Under the pieces are notes generated by a model. The model did not search any database, was not told the DNA's origin, and saw nothing but the letters and a program-made list of their open reading frames with translations. A program made the translations under genes and the position numbers. A stretch of DNA of 64,000 nucleotides, taken from assembly GCF_001194135.2 (NCBI RefSeq), contig NC_069003.1, forward strand, positions 34,279,888 to 34,343,887, given 5' to 3'. Within the stretch, counting starts at the first letter, position 1; each line of letters begins with the position of its first letter. This document shows positions 27,801 to 40,300 of the stretch, in pieces. This stretch comes from Octopus bimaculoides. Lineage: Eukaryota.

Positions 27801-30800
27801 CCAGCATGGAAAATGGACGTTAAAGGATGATGATCAGTCAAACACTGGGGTAGTGTCCACTCCCACCCCAAATTGTTGTTTCGTGTGTTTGTAAAGACTT
27901 ATATTTAAAAAAAAAAAAAAAAAATCTCTTCATTTTGCAGCTGCCTCTGAGGTTTCTCAAGAATCTTCTACTACTAATCTTGGCACCCCCAGTAATACCA
28001 GTGCCGTAGCAGCAATAAGCAGTACTACTGCCACTACTACTAGCAGCAACACATCAGCTGGCGCCCCAGTCTCTCCCCCACCGCCACCCTTACCAGCTAT
28101 TTCTGAAGAGACGAAACAAGAAGTGGTCATCCATGGACTCACTGAGGAGAGTTGTTCAAAGGTCATTGTGTGAGTATACTTTTCTAAGAACTGCTGTCAA
28201 ATTTGAATTCTTGAATTTTGTTATTGCTGACAAGAAATCATAACCAAAAGTCTTGTTGAAGTCACCACTGTTCTTAATCAGTTTTTGTGTGTGATTAAAC
28301 ACTTATTTTCTAATAATGGCTACACTATCTATTCAGAGAAGGGCTTGTTAAAGCTTGATTATCAAACCATTTATAGTGTTTGATTTGTTTACCTTTTCTG
28401 CTGTGTACTAAATCCTACTTTATAGGATTTAGTACATCTTGCCATCTTGATGAAATCTTTATCTTTCATACTTCTTGTCAAACTTCCTCAAAATTGTATT
28501 ATCCCCCCATTATTCCAATTTCCATTCTCTTTTAGATATTATTCTGTAAGCATCTTTTGTAAAAAAAAGAATTAATTTTATTCTCTGAGCATGGATGAAC
28601 TTTATAGTTTTATATTTATTTATAAATTGTTTAAATGGTTTTCTAACTTTCCTTTTTAATCACATAAATTTTGAGGTAGTTCTAATATCTTAAGTAAAGT
28701 TGGCTTTCGGTATGGAATAAAAAAATAAAGCTTGCATCACTTTAATTACTTGATTTATTTTTTATTTGCAGATGCATTATTGATAAATGTAATTTATGTA
28801 ATTTTCTGTTGCAAACAGTATTTTTAAAATTTGATATTGCATATCATTTCATAACACTTTCGCATTTCTTTAGATCAATGGTGAGCTTGTTGTCTGTACA
28901 GATTGGTTCCAACACTTTAAGTGCAGCATTGCGCTTAATCCTCCGTCTAACCCGTGAACATAAATATGCCATGATGTTTTCTGAACTTGGTGGGCCAAAA
29001 CTTTTGCTCCATTTACGACAGCCAGTATTGTTCCAAGGCTTCACATCCTTGGTAACCCTCATCTTTAGACATATTCTCGAAGAGTTGTCAGCTCTTAAAT
29101 ACAGCATGGAGAAGGTGAGCTAGCTTTTTGATATTTGCTTCATTTCAAAAAATGGTTTTTTCCCCTGAGGAAAAAAGAAATTTTTTTTACTGTTCATTTC
29201 TCTCTTTCTCTCTCTCTGGAACAAACTGTGTACATAATATAAATTCCTTATCTGAAAAATATAGACTTGGATCTACTTCACATTTTGTCGGTTTATAATG
29301 GCTTTTTAATAATTCAAATGTAAGCTCCTATTTACAAACACGTTTGTTTTAGTCATAATATAGAACCAATTCATGGCAGTTAAACATTATTTGATGTACA
29401 ATAAAACCACTGCTAATATCGTAACATCAATTTAATATTCCTTAAAAGATCAGTTAAAATAGTTTGTTTTCCTTGTAAACTTTGAGCTTAACAACGTTTT
29501 GCACGAGAAGCTACATGTTTCTGTGTTTCTCTTTGTAGGTGATAAAAATGGCATCGATGGGTGTTGGATCTCCTATCAGTGGAATAGCCCAAAGCAGTCC
29601 TGGTGCTAAAGAAATGCATTACGTATTACGAATCCTTGGCCCCGCAGCTTGTCGCTGCCCAGAAGTTTTTGTAGCCATCGCACAACAGACTCTCCGTATT
29701 GCTTTACCACCCCCATCCAAAAGAGGTGAGCAGCCTATTCTAGCTTTAGCTATTGTTTTTCTTTTTTGTTTTGTTTGTTAATTAACCTTTTAGCATTTAA
29801 ACTGGCCAGATCAAGCTTCTCACACCTGCTCTACAATACCGTTCTAAAAATATACAATCATATCATTGAAATCTCAAAGCCATAAGATAATAAATATCTC
29901 ATTAATTTGAAGCAATTTGAATAAATAAGGCTTATCCATAACAAAGTAATCTGAATGCTAAAGGTTTAAAAAACTTTGAGGAATGTTGCCCTGAAATAGT
30001 CTCCATGGCTTTGGACCTAAGGAAAAAAAGTAAGAAATCTAATTTTCCTCCATTTAATATGAATTTCAGATGAAGATGAAGCCAGATCAGCTGCTCTGAA
30101 TACACCCCAGATGGTGAAATTTGTCCCGATACAATCGTCAACTATAACACCAGTGAAACGCGTCGTGAAACAGGTGGTAGCTGAGCTACTAAATGCATTG
30201 ATTCTATGCCATTCCCAAAGTTCTTCTTCTCAGTCAGCCTCTAGCACAGAAGACCTGGACAGTAAGTAGCATTTTTTAATCTTCGTTATTCATGTGTTCA
30301 GCCATTCCTATGTGAGATGCATGCAGAACAATGACTCCATCCTGCACATATCCGGTCAGTGTCCAAACCTTGCTGACTTGTGGAGGTTTATTGAACTAAT
30401 GGCACGTGTGGACTGATTTGGCTATTGGCCCTGAGTCATTCCTCTGCCTGCAAAAGTGTATTCATCTGTTTGGTGGCTAGGACAAAAGAGCTGTAGTAGA
30501 TATAGCTAAAAGCAATGAGGACAGGCACTTTCAACCAAACCCTCATTGAGATTTTCAAAGTCTCAGCCAAGACCCAGTGATTCTACTTGCTGTAATCTAA
30601 CTCGAATCTGAAAGGTTGAATTTACAAAGGTTTATTAGAATTTGTTACAAATTTCCAAATTCAGAATAATCCATATAGCATAGACTATACTCGACTCACA
30701 CTCACGCTATTTACTCTCTCTCGCTTTCAGATTTTGTTTCCATAGAAACTTATTTGACTGAAATTATTTTGGAATTTTATTTCAGGACCAACTGGTCAGG

Positions 30801-33800
30801 TTCCTTCTGCCACCCAGGAATTAGCCACAGACTTGTCATCCAACAGTTTGAATGCCGAACCACCTCTGATGGAACAGAATGCGGTTAGCCTTGCTCCAAT
30901 GGTAAGGAACTGATTTAACTCCTTAGTATTTAAACCGGCCATGTCTGGCCCAAATATTCTACTTGTTTTTATGGTTCAAACTGGCTAGATCCAGCTTCTC
31001 AATGCTTACCTGTCAATATCATTCTAAAAATAAACAATTACATCAAAATCTCAGTTTTGTAATAATACATGATTTTTGTCTTGCAAGTTGCTTGGTGACC
31101 CTGTCAGTGCAGGTGCCACTTAAAAAGCATCCAGTCCACACTGTAAAGTAGTTGGCGTTCGGAAGGGCATCCAGCTGTCAAAACCTTGCCAAAACTAACC
31201 TCGCCTGTGCTAGTGCCATGTAAAAAGCACTCAGTATGGGTTGTATCCTTTCAGTCGCTAAATACAGAACATGGCTCGTGAGACCTCCATTCAGGTGATT
31301 TTCCTAAGTCACCGTTTCACCTTTGTACACCAATTTGTCACAAGGTTCCCCATTAACAGCTGACTGGACTAGAGCAACATGAAATGAAGTGCTTTGCTCA
31401 AGAACACGATGTGCTGAACAGTCTGGGAATCGAACCCAAGATCTAGCGATTGTGAGTGCAACATCCTAACCACTGCACCACAAACCTTCAATAACCATAT
31501 TAGTTTCAAACTGTACCGGCTGCTATTTCTAGCAGGTAGAACAGCTCTATAGATGTTCCTGCATTGTTTCAGTATAATAGAGGGACTTTAAGGTGAAATC
31601 TGTTTCACAGCTGCCATTCTGTTAAAAACATTTGTCCACCATTTAATATTCATTTAATGTTTGTAAATTTTCTTTTGTAGCCTGTTCCTGATGTCCCCGA
31701 GAAAGATGCAAGTGAACCTGGGAAAGAACAGAAACCAGTTGCTGATGACCAAGGGCAGAAGCCATTGCTTCCCAAGTCGGCCATTCTGCGCCTGTTGTCA
31801 GAAATTGTGAAATCCTACAGTGCATGCACTCAGTTGATAACAGAACACAAGTACACTGCTGGTCAAAGTGAACTTATTACTGAGGTGAGTCTTCAAACAA
31901 TTGGATTTACTCAGAGATTTTATTTTACTGAAATTATTCAGGCACTGGTGGCAAATCTTCGCTATTTCTGGTCTGTTGCCTCTTTGGGATTAGACTACTG
32001 TCTTGTTGAACGCTTAATCATTTGATACAAGTGCTTAGTTCTAACAAGGTGGACGTAGACAGTTCCAAGCACCTGTTGATATAATACTTAGCTGAGGGGT
32101 TTGGTCTACTGCAACTTCAGGTTTTTGCTTTATGAGAAAACTTTGAAAGGCCATAAACTGTGTGTGTCACTGTACCAACTAGACTAACAGATGTTGTGGC
32201 CAGCATTCCTCCCTTCCGAACAGAAAACCAGTTCATTGCATGGCTTCCCGTCCACAATTGAGTGGAGGAGAGCAGTGTGAAATGAAGTGTTTGTGCTGTA
32301 GAACCCAGTGCTTTGCCAACCTGGGAATCAAAACTGACCTTGCAATTCCGAGTGCAACACCCTAACCACCAGGCTACCCACATAAGCACAGATTAACAAG
32401 TTACTAGTTAATTGGTTGGCTTAGTGAAAAAAAGTTACATGTAGTATTTAAACTGTTTAACTTACTCTCTTGTCTAACCATGAGAGACGCTGTGAATTTG
32501 TGGTCAATCCATTGGAACCCAAGACTATTGTTTCACCAAATGGAGGATAGAAATTAAATAAAATAGCTGATGAGTTGGAATTTTATTGAAGACAACGTTG
32601 ATGGTTAAAATATGTGTTAACAAGTCAGGTTTCTTGTTTTTGTAATGCAAGATTTTTCTCAAATTTTATTAGCGTTTTTTTTTTTTAATTTCTTCACCCA
32701 TTTGTTGACTCTTCAAAAGCTTCATTCTTGTGCATTTGTGAAGAAGAAATTTGTTTTTCCAAAACTTGGGAGACTGATTAAAAACTTTCTGTGTCTCTCT
32801 GTCTCTCTGTCTCTCCCTCTTTCTGTCTCTGTCTCTCTCTCTTTTGGAAAATTTTTCACTTGTTTAAATAATGAATTTCTAAAACTCTTTCAGAATTGCA
32901 ACATGTTGGCGTTTGTTCTTGACCAGTTGTTACCCCCCTGCCAAACATCTGGAGACCGTGACTGTCCAGCATTATCAAGGGTTTTAATTGCCAGCATTGC
33001 CTCATGCAATCATTGCCCTGACGCTCAGACCCAGTTAGCTATTGAAGTAAAAGCAGCCTTGCAGAGGGCTCTGAATCTTCCTGAAAGTTCCGAGAAACAC
33101 TTTCGTATTCAAGCCTTAACAGGCATTATCAGCACAATGATTGAATCTTGCCCTACACCTGGTCAGGTACCAAATCAAGTATTTAAAGGTCAGCAAAACC
33201 TCATGAATGTTGTGGTGAAGACGTTGATTAAACGAGGTTTAGTGAACGACCTTGCCCGCGTACCGCACAGCCTTGACCTCTCCAGCCCTTACATGGCATC
33301 CACCATCAATGCCACATTGAAACCTTTGGAAACATTGTCTAGAATTGTGAACCAGCCACAGGCACTTTCTACTAAATCTAGATCTAAAAACCAGGGAATT
33401 AGCCGAGAAGTAAATTCCTTTGTAGAAACACTTGCTAACAATGTGGAGGGTAAGTAGTAACCTTTGCATGTGAATACGTCTCTCTTTTGAACTCCTTATT
33501 GTGAATATTGCAACATATTTAGTTTATTTATATATATATATTTTTTTTGTGATATATATCATCATCATCATCGTTTAATGTTTTACATGCTGGCATGGGT
33601 TGGACGGTTTGACATGAAGCTGTCCAGACTCCAACTGTCTGTTGAAGTATGGTTTCTATGGCTGGATGCCCTTCCTAGCACCAATCACTTAAGTGTGGTG
33701 GGTGATTTTTACGTGCCAATGGCATGGGTGTGTTTACACCACACTGGCACAGGTGCTTTTTATGTGGCACTGGCATCTGAAAGGACAAACCTGTATGTGT

Positions 33801-36332
33801 AGAAGACTGATTTTTTACTTAGCTTGGTGTGTCCTATCCTGCTTTTGGTTTTTATTGGGAAAATTTAGTTCCTGTGGCTTCAACTGATTCATGCAATCAT
33901 TTGGAAAGTAGATGGCAAAATTATGAAGACAATGATGATGCTGACAGCAGGCTTATGTCATATTCCTGCACCAATGTCTGGAAATTTGCATTTTTTTTTT
34001 TTTTAAAGCATTTAAGATAATTGTTTACCGATTGTAAAAGTTGATTTCAAAACAAATGGCAACACGATTTTGTTTCCTGTGATGCTAGAAAATTACTGGT
34101 TCTGTTGTCTTTTGATATTTATTTATTTATTTAGAATTTCTGACCTGCTTTCTGCATTTGATATATGGCAGTGCCAATGTCTTTTGGTTTTTCTCAATGG
34201 CTGTAATAGTGAAATAGGCTTTTTTGGTTCCCTTTTAGGAGGAGATAATCAACAAAATTCTAGTACTTTAGAATTGGAAGATGCAGCTGCAGACCAATCG
34301 GATATCATCACAGAATCAACCGTTACTGCTGCCGAGTCTGTTGATAGTGAGCTACAGGTAAATCAAATTGTGTGTGTGTGTCTTCATGAGAAGCTGATTC
34401 ACTTTGTTGTAACTGCAGCTTTCTGAAGTTTGTGTATATATATATGGAGTCATAACTCACTTGAAGAACTATATATATAGTCTAGTACATGTGTTGAGTA
34501 CTTTTTCTTTGTTTCTGTATGCAAACACAAAACTTGTGTGAATTATTATTAAATTACCACTGTGGAAATCAGATATATCCACTCAAAACTTCACTGCCCT
34601 TAACTACAGATAATAGTTTTGTATACGAAGCAATTCTTTATTGAAGAATATCATCTTGAAACTATTTCTAATTAAAAATGTCTAGTTTATTGAGGCAATC
34701 ACTGCTTGTTGTCAGTCACAAAGTAATCAACAAAACATTGGTATATCTGGAGCAGTGAGTGAATCTATGGACCATAGCTAGCCATTTACTGTAATACCTA
34801 ATGTGATAGATTTGTTCAGTGTCGACCTGGATTTAAACTGCTTTCCATGTAATTTCTCAGAAATATTTTTTAAAAAATTGAGTATATTTATGTTTAATAT
34901 TTTCTCAATGTTATGTTGTTTTATATTGTCATAAGTCTCTTCCAGTCAATTTTTACAGGTCTTTCAAAATGATTTATAACACAAACAGTGAAGAATTTGT
35001 TTTTTTTTTCTTTTTCTTTTTCAATTTTTAAATAATGTAATCTTATTTTTCTTGTCTAATTATTTCCTTCTGATTTATCATTGACCAAAGTACCTTCTCT
35101 GGATCACTCTAGTATACCTGACTGTTATTATAGGTACTATCTCATCTACTTTATAAAATTAGAGCTGTTTACTGACCATTAAAAGCTTTTTGGGACTTTG
35201 ATGTCTTCATTAGCAATTGCTACCTTAATGACTGTTTTAAAAAACTGTTACTATTCAGCCTTCTTAAAATTATATCACCCACGGGTGCCAGTCGTCGGAT
35301 TCGGTTCGATTTCAGATTTCAAATTCCAAATTCACTTGCCTCAACAGGTCTTCGCAAGCAGGGTTTTTAGTGTCCAATGAAGTAAAGATACGGATTAGTG
35401 AGCTGGCTACACTTCTGGCAGAGATCATAGATTATGCTCTCACTTGCCTTGCCGAGTCTTCTCACGTACTGCATATATATATATATATATATATATTCAC
35501 ACACACACGCACAAAACTTCTTTCAGTTTCCCTGTCTCAAATTCACTCACAGGGTTTCGGTTGGCCTGAGGTCACAGTAGAAGATATTTGATCAGGTTAC
35601 CAGACAGTGGGGCTGAACTCAAAACCACATGGTCACCAGTTGTTCTTGTGCCCAGTTTCTAACTAAGCTGAAACAGCAACACTAAAATTTATGCTTCAAC
35701 AGCTTGCAATGTTATGCTTAATCTTTGGGTCTATGTATGTAGGTATATACATATATATCATCATTTAACGTCCATTTTTCATGCTGGCATGGGTTGGACG
35801 GTTTAACAGATGACTGGCTGAAGGGCATTTCAGGATCTATGTTTTGGCATAGTTTCTGCAACTGGATACCCTTCCTAACACCAACCACTTTACAGAGTGT
35901 ACTGGGTGCTTTTACCTCGATAATATATTCATCTAACCCATGCAGTCAAGGAAAACTGTAAAAACAAATAGATTCAATGATGCAGACTTGGCCATCTGAA
36001 ATCAACGTATCAAAATAGCTTTGGACAAAGGTTCTTCATGGCTGTTTGTCATGCATGTTAACAGATTAGTTATATCCTGTTTGCTTTGCTGTATGTAGTC
36101 AGTTTTAGCAATGAAGTTTCAGAGCCCACCCAAAGACATTAATATTTAGTTCTATAGATCCAATAATTTACGAAGATATTTGGTAGTTTTATTCATTGTC
36201 AGCTACATACATAAATTTACTGTAGAATTTGGAAATAATCTGTAAACATCTGTTAGATATTTTAAATAAATATTTGTTGCTCTCTCTTTCTCTTTCGCTC
36301 TCTTTCTTTCTCTTTCATGCTTTCTCTTTCTC

Positions 36333-36370
<38 letters not shown>

Positions 36371-37315
36371 CTGTTGGTTTATGAAATATTGTCTTTCTTC
36401 AGGCTCACAGTAACTTAGACCATGTAATAGACGAGTTATTTCAAAGGGATTCAGGTCGCGATCCTGAACAGCAAGTCATTAGTGAAATAATCATGGAAAC
36501 AGGTAAGTGTTTCTTTTTCTGCCGAGAGGGAAGTTTAGGTGAATCTTTATTTAGTCAGTGTTTTATAAAAACTCTGTGCCATTGAACAATGGCCATTTCT
36601 ATGGGGTTTCCATTGTAGTCGTCGGTGGGCTGGGCTAGCGGAGGGACTTGTAATTAGGCTAGGATTAGTAATGTTGGAGCTTGGCTTATGAGACCTGTTT
36701 CTGGAGTAACCTGCCTGTCTGTTTCAGCTGAAGAACCCTTGTCGGCTCACAATGATGACGAGTCTCCAGATGTTATTATTGATGTCGATGTTGAGCAGGA
36801 AGAAATAGACAGGCATGATTCTCAGATGATAAGTCAGGAGAGTTCTGAAGGTGAGGATGCTGAAAATAATGAAGGTTAGTCAAAAGCTTGGGTTAATTGT
36901 GTTTACCTTTGTAGCACGCCCCCCCCCCCGTTCCTCCCTACTCACCCAATCAGCTTCCCCCCACTTTCCCCTCCCCTCCCACCTCNNNNNNNNNNNNNNN
37001 NNNNNNNNNNNNNNNNNNNNNNNNNNNNNNNNNNNNNNNNNNNNNNNNNNNNNNNNNNNNNNNNNNNNNNNNNNNNNNNNNNNNNNNNNNNNNNNNNNNN
37101 NNNNNNNNNNNNNNNNNNNNNNNNNNNNNNNNNNNNNNNNNNNNNNNNNNNNNNNNNNNNNNNNNNNNNNNNNNNNNNNNNNNNNNNNNNNNNNNNNNNN
37201 NNNNNNNNNNNNNNNNNNNNNNNNNNNNNNNNNNNNNNNNNNNNNNNNNNNNNNNNNNNNNNNNNNNNNNNNNNNNNNNNNNNNNNNNNNNNNNNNNNNN
37301 NNNNNNNNNNNNNNN

Positions 37316-37365
<50 letters not shown>

Positions 37366-40300
37366 GCTCATGCAGTAAAGAGTAAAGATTGAGGCTAATG
37401 ATTCATCGCCATTTTGTTTCTCGCTATATAGGACTCTTATGTACACATCCAATCACATACATATACATTTAAAAAAATTTTTCTACTTTGATTTTCGGTG
37501 TCGTTATGCCATTCAGCTGAATTTAATTAATTTAATTATACATTTTCTGAAAAAAATAAGATGCATTTCCACAAGTTGCTTTGACAAAAGCCTCCTTTTG
37601 CTCAACTAACGGAAGAGAGGTATGTTAATTGTATTCAATCAGTCTTCTTCACCCGTGTACCTAGTGGACTGATGATGATGAGGAGGAGGATTCAGTGGCT
37701 TTGATTCAGCAACACAAAATTAACCAGGCTTGACTAAGAATCATGGGTATCTTTTGGGTAGAACTGTCCTATATAGTGTATGTCTAGATAAATGGTAGTT
37801 TTTTTGTTTTTTTTTCTTCCCTACCTTTTTAGCTTGGATGCTTTTTGTTTAGTTGCTGCTTTAGAATGTCTAGTGTTATCTGCTACAGCATGACTTCCCA
37901 TTCCAGTAATTTAGCAACATTTCAAACCCTAGAAACAGATTAAAGAAAAAAAAAATGTTTTAGGTCTTGGTGCAGGATTTTCTCTTTCACTCTTTTCTAA
38001 CTGTCCCCGTCTCCCCCTAACTTTAATCTCCCCTTTCTCTTCCTATCGGTCTTGCTTATTTTCTGTCTCCTAAAAATAAAATTTAATAAAAAAAATAAAA
38101 CTTAAAAAGCTCCCCCCACCACATTAAGCCTTTATTCCAGTTTAAATGATAGCAACAAGTCTAACATTCTATGTAGATATTTTCTTAGAGTTCGTCAAAC
38201 CAAATCCAATTAGTGGAACTGAGACATTAGTTGTTCAGTAGTAATTTCTATATTTTTGCATGATTTTTGGATTTAGACTTCTTACTTTCTCTCTCTCTCT
38301 CTCTCTCTCTCCCTCCCCCCTAACTGAAATATTATAATCCAATAATTGCTGAACACTCACTTTGCAGCTATAATAGACCTTTGCTTTTCTGAGAGATCTA
38401 GATATATATATTTTTTTTTCTACACACACACTCATTAGATTTAACCCTTTAGCATTCGGATTACTCTGTCAAATGTAATGCTTACGTATTCACACTGTCT
38501 TGATTTAATCATGCATTATCTCGTAGCTTTGAGATTTTGATGATGTGATTATTTTCAGAATGACATTGCAGGGTTGATGTGAAAGGTTGGATCTGGCCAG
38601 TTTGAACATAAAACAGGTAGAATATCTGGGCCAGATCTGGCTGGTTTAAATACTAAAGGGTTAACGTTCAACTATGATCACTGTTAACAACATACAGGAG
38701 TAAATAAGTTATTACAAGTATGTTGTTACACACGGGGTACAGAGTATAATTGAATTAACACCAATATATTACTGGTATATATTTTCAGTGTCTGGAATGA
38801 AGTTTGATACTAAAAGGATTTGAACAAGGGACATGAAAAGATGTGATTAATAAAAAAAATTATAATAATGATGATAATGGTTGTTATAGTAATTTTTCTA
38901 CTATAAGAACAAGGCCAGAAATTTTGAGTGAGGGTGGGGGCTCGTCGATTACATTGACACCCTTCTGCCCCCCCNNNNNNNNNNNNAGTGCTCAACTGGT
39001 ATTTTTTTTATCAACGCTGAAAGAATGAAAGGCAAAGTCAACTCTAGTGAAATTTGAACTTGTGGCGTAAAGGGCCAAAAGTATTTCTGGCTCATTGCTT
39101 TAATAATAATAATAATAATAGAAATAATGATGATTCTTTCTACTCTAGGCACAAGGCCTGAAAAAATGTGTGGGAGGGGGTCTAATCGATTACATCAAAC
39201 CCCAGTATTTAACGTATATATGTTATGCATATTAGAAGGCCCTAATTTATCCATAAGAAAAGGACGTTTCGAAAGAATGTATAATTTAAGGAATCCCTAG
39301 AAATAGATATTTAAATTAATGTGTTGGGTGTAATTGGGACATCTTAATTTCTTTTGTGTTTCTAAAGTAATCCTTCATATTTGGCTGCTTTGTCCTTAAT
39401 TACATATTTAGATTAACTGGTTTCATCAATGATTGGATTAATTGATTGATTGATTAATTAATAATTTTTTTTTTTTTCCATTTTTATTTCAATAGATGTT
39501 CATGAAGAAGAAGGTTCCGAAGAGGAAAGTGGTTCAGGGGATGAGGAAGGAGATGTCTGTGACAATGAAGACGATGAAGAGCATGAAGATGAGGAAGATG
39601 AGGATGAGGTAACTAGTAGTTTTATATAACGACTGCCTTCTTTCTCTGTTGTTCTCTTGTCTGTCTGTTTGTCAGTTGTTGACGGATGTTATTGTACATG
39701 AAGTTCAGTATGGTTGAAGTGTTAAGTTGTTTACTTTCATTTTTTACGTTTTATAGAAGAAAGTAATTCAACAACGCGGGTTGATGAACCGTAAGACGTG
39801 TGCCCAGAACCTCCTGGAAAATAACCATAGCGAGGGACATTCCACAGTTGAATTAGAACAGTCACAAACAGTGAAAAAAGACATGCACCCAACACCAGAG
39901 CTGAAGACACCTCCGAAAGGAGGGGCCCCGCCACATCAAAACGGTAGAGGAGTAGGGGCCGAAACCGGACGTGGTTCCTCCTGATGATGTCTTGAGCTAA
40001 CTGGATCCTATAAAGGAGCTGTTGTGGTAGCAGACCACGAAACATGGTTGAAATTCCCTCTCTTTTGACACAGGCTGAAATGATTGCTCATTTTATGGTT
40101 AAGTTTAGGGTAGCATCTGCATCAGATGACAAAGCTATGTATGTCCTGACCAATTTACACACGGCTTTGTGAAAAAACCTCCCTCCACCGGATTTAAGGT
40201 GAATGGATGAATCATTGCCCCTGGATGAAATGTAAATAAGGCAAATGTGGTGTGTGGTTCATTAATAGACAAACTGAATGCATGGGGTTATCAGTTAACA

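Noticed and set aside
28672-28680. TGAGGTAGT, the let-7/miR-98 5' end; vertebrate HUWE1 introns host let-7f-2 and miR-98
   Set aside because: Only 9 nt match and no hairpin precursor
37665-37746. Acidic [10 protein letters not shown] stretch with upstream AG and a U12-like gtatctttt downstream
   Set aside because: Acidic frame needs phase 0 but neighbours are phase 1; all three frames stop before that donor
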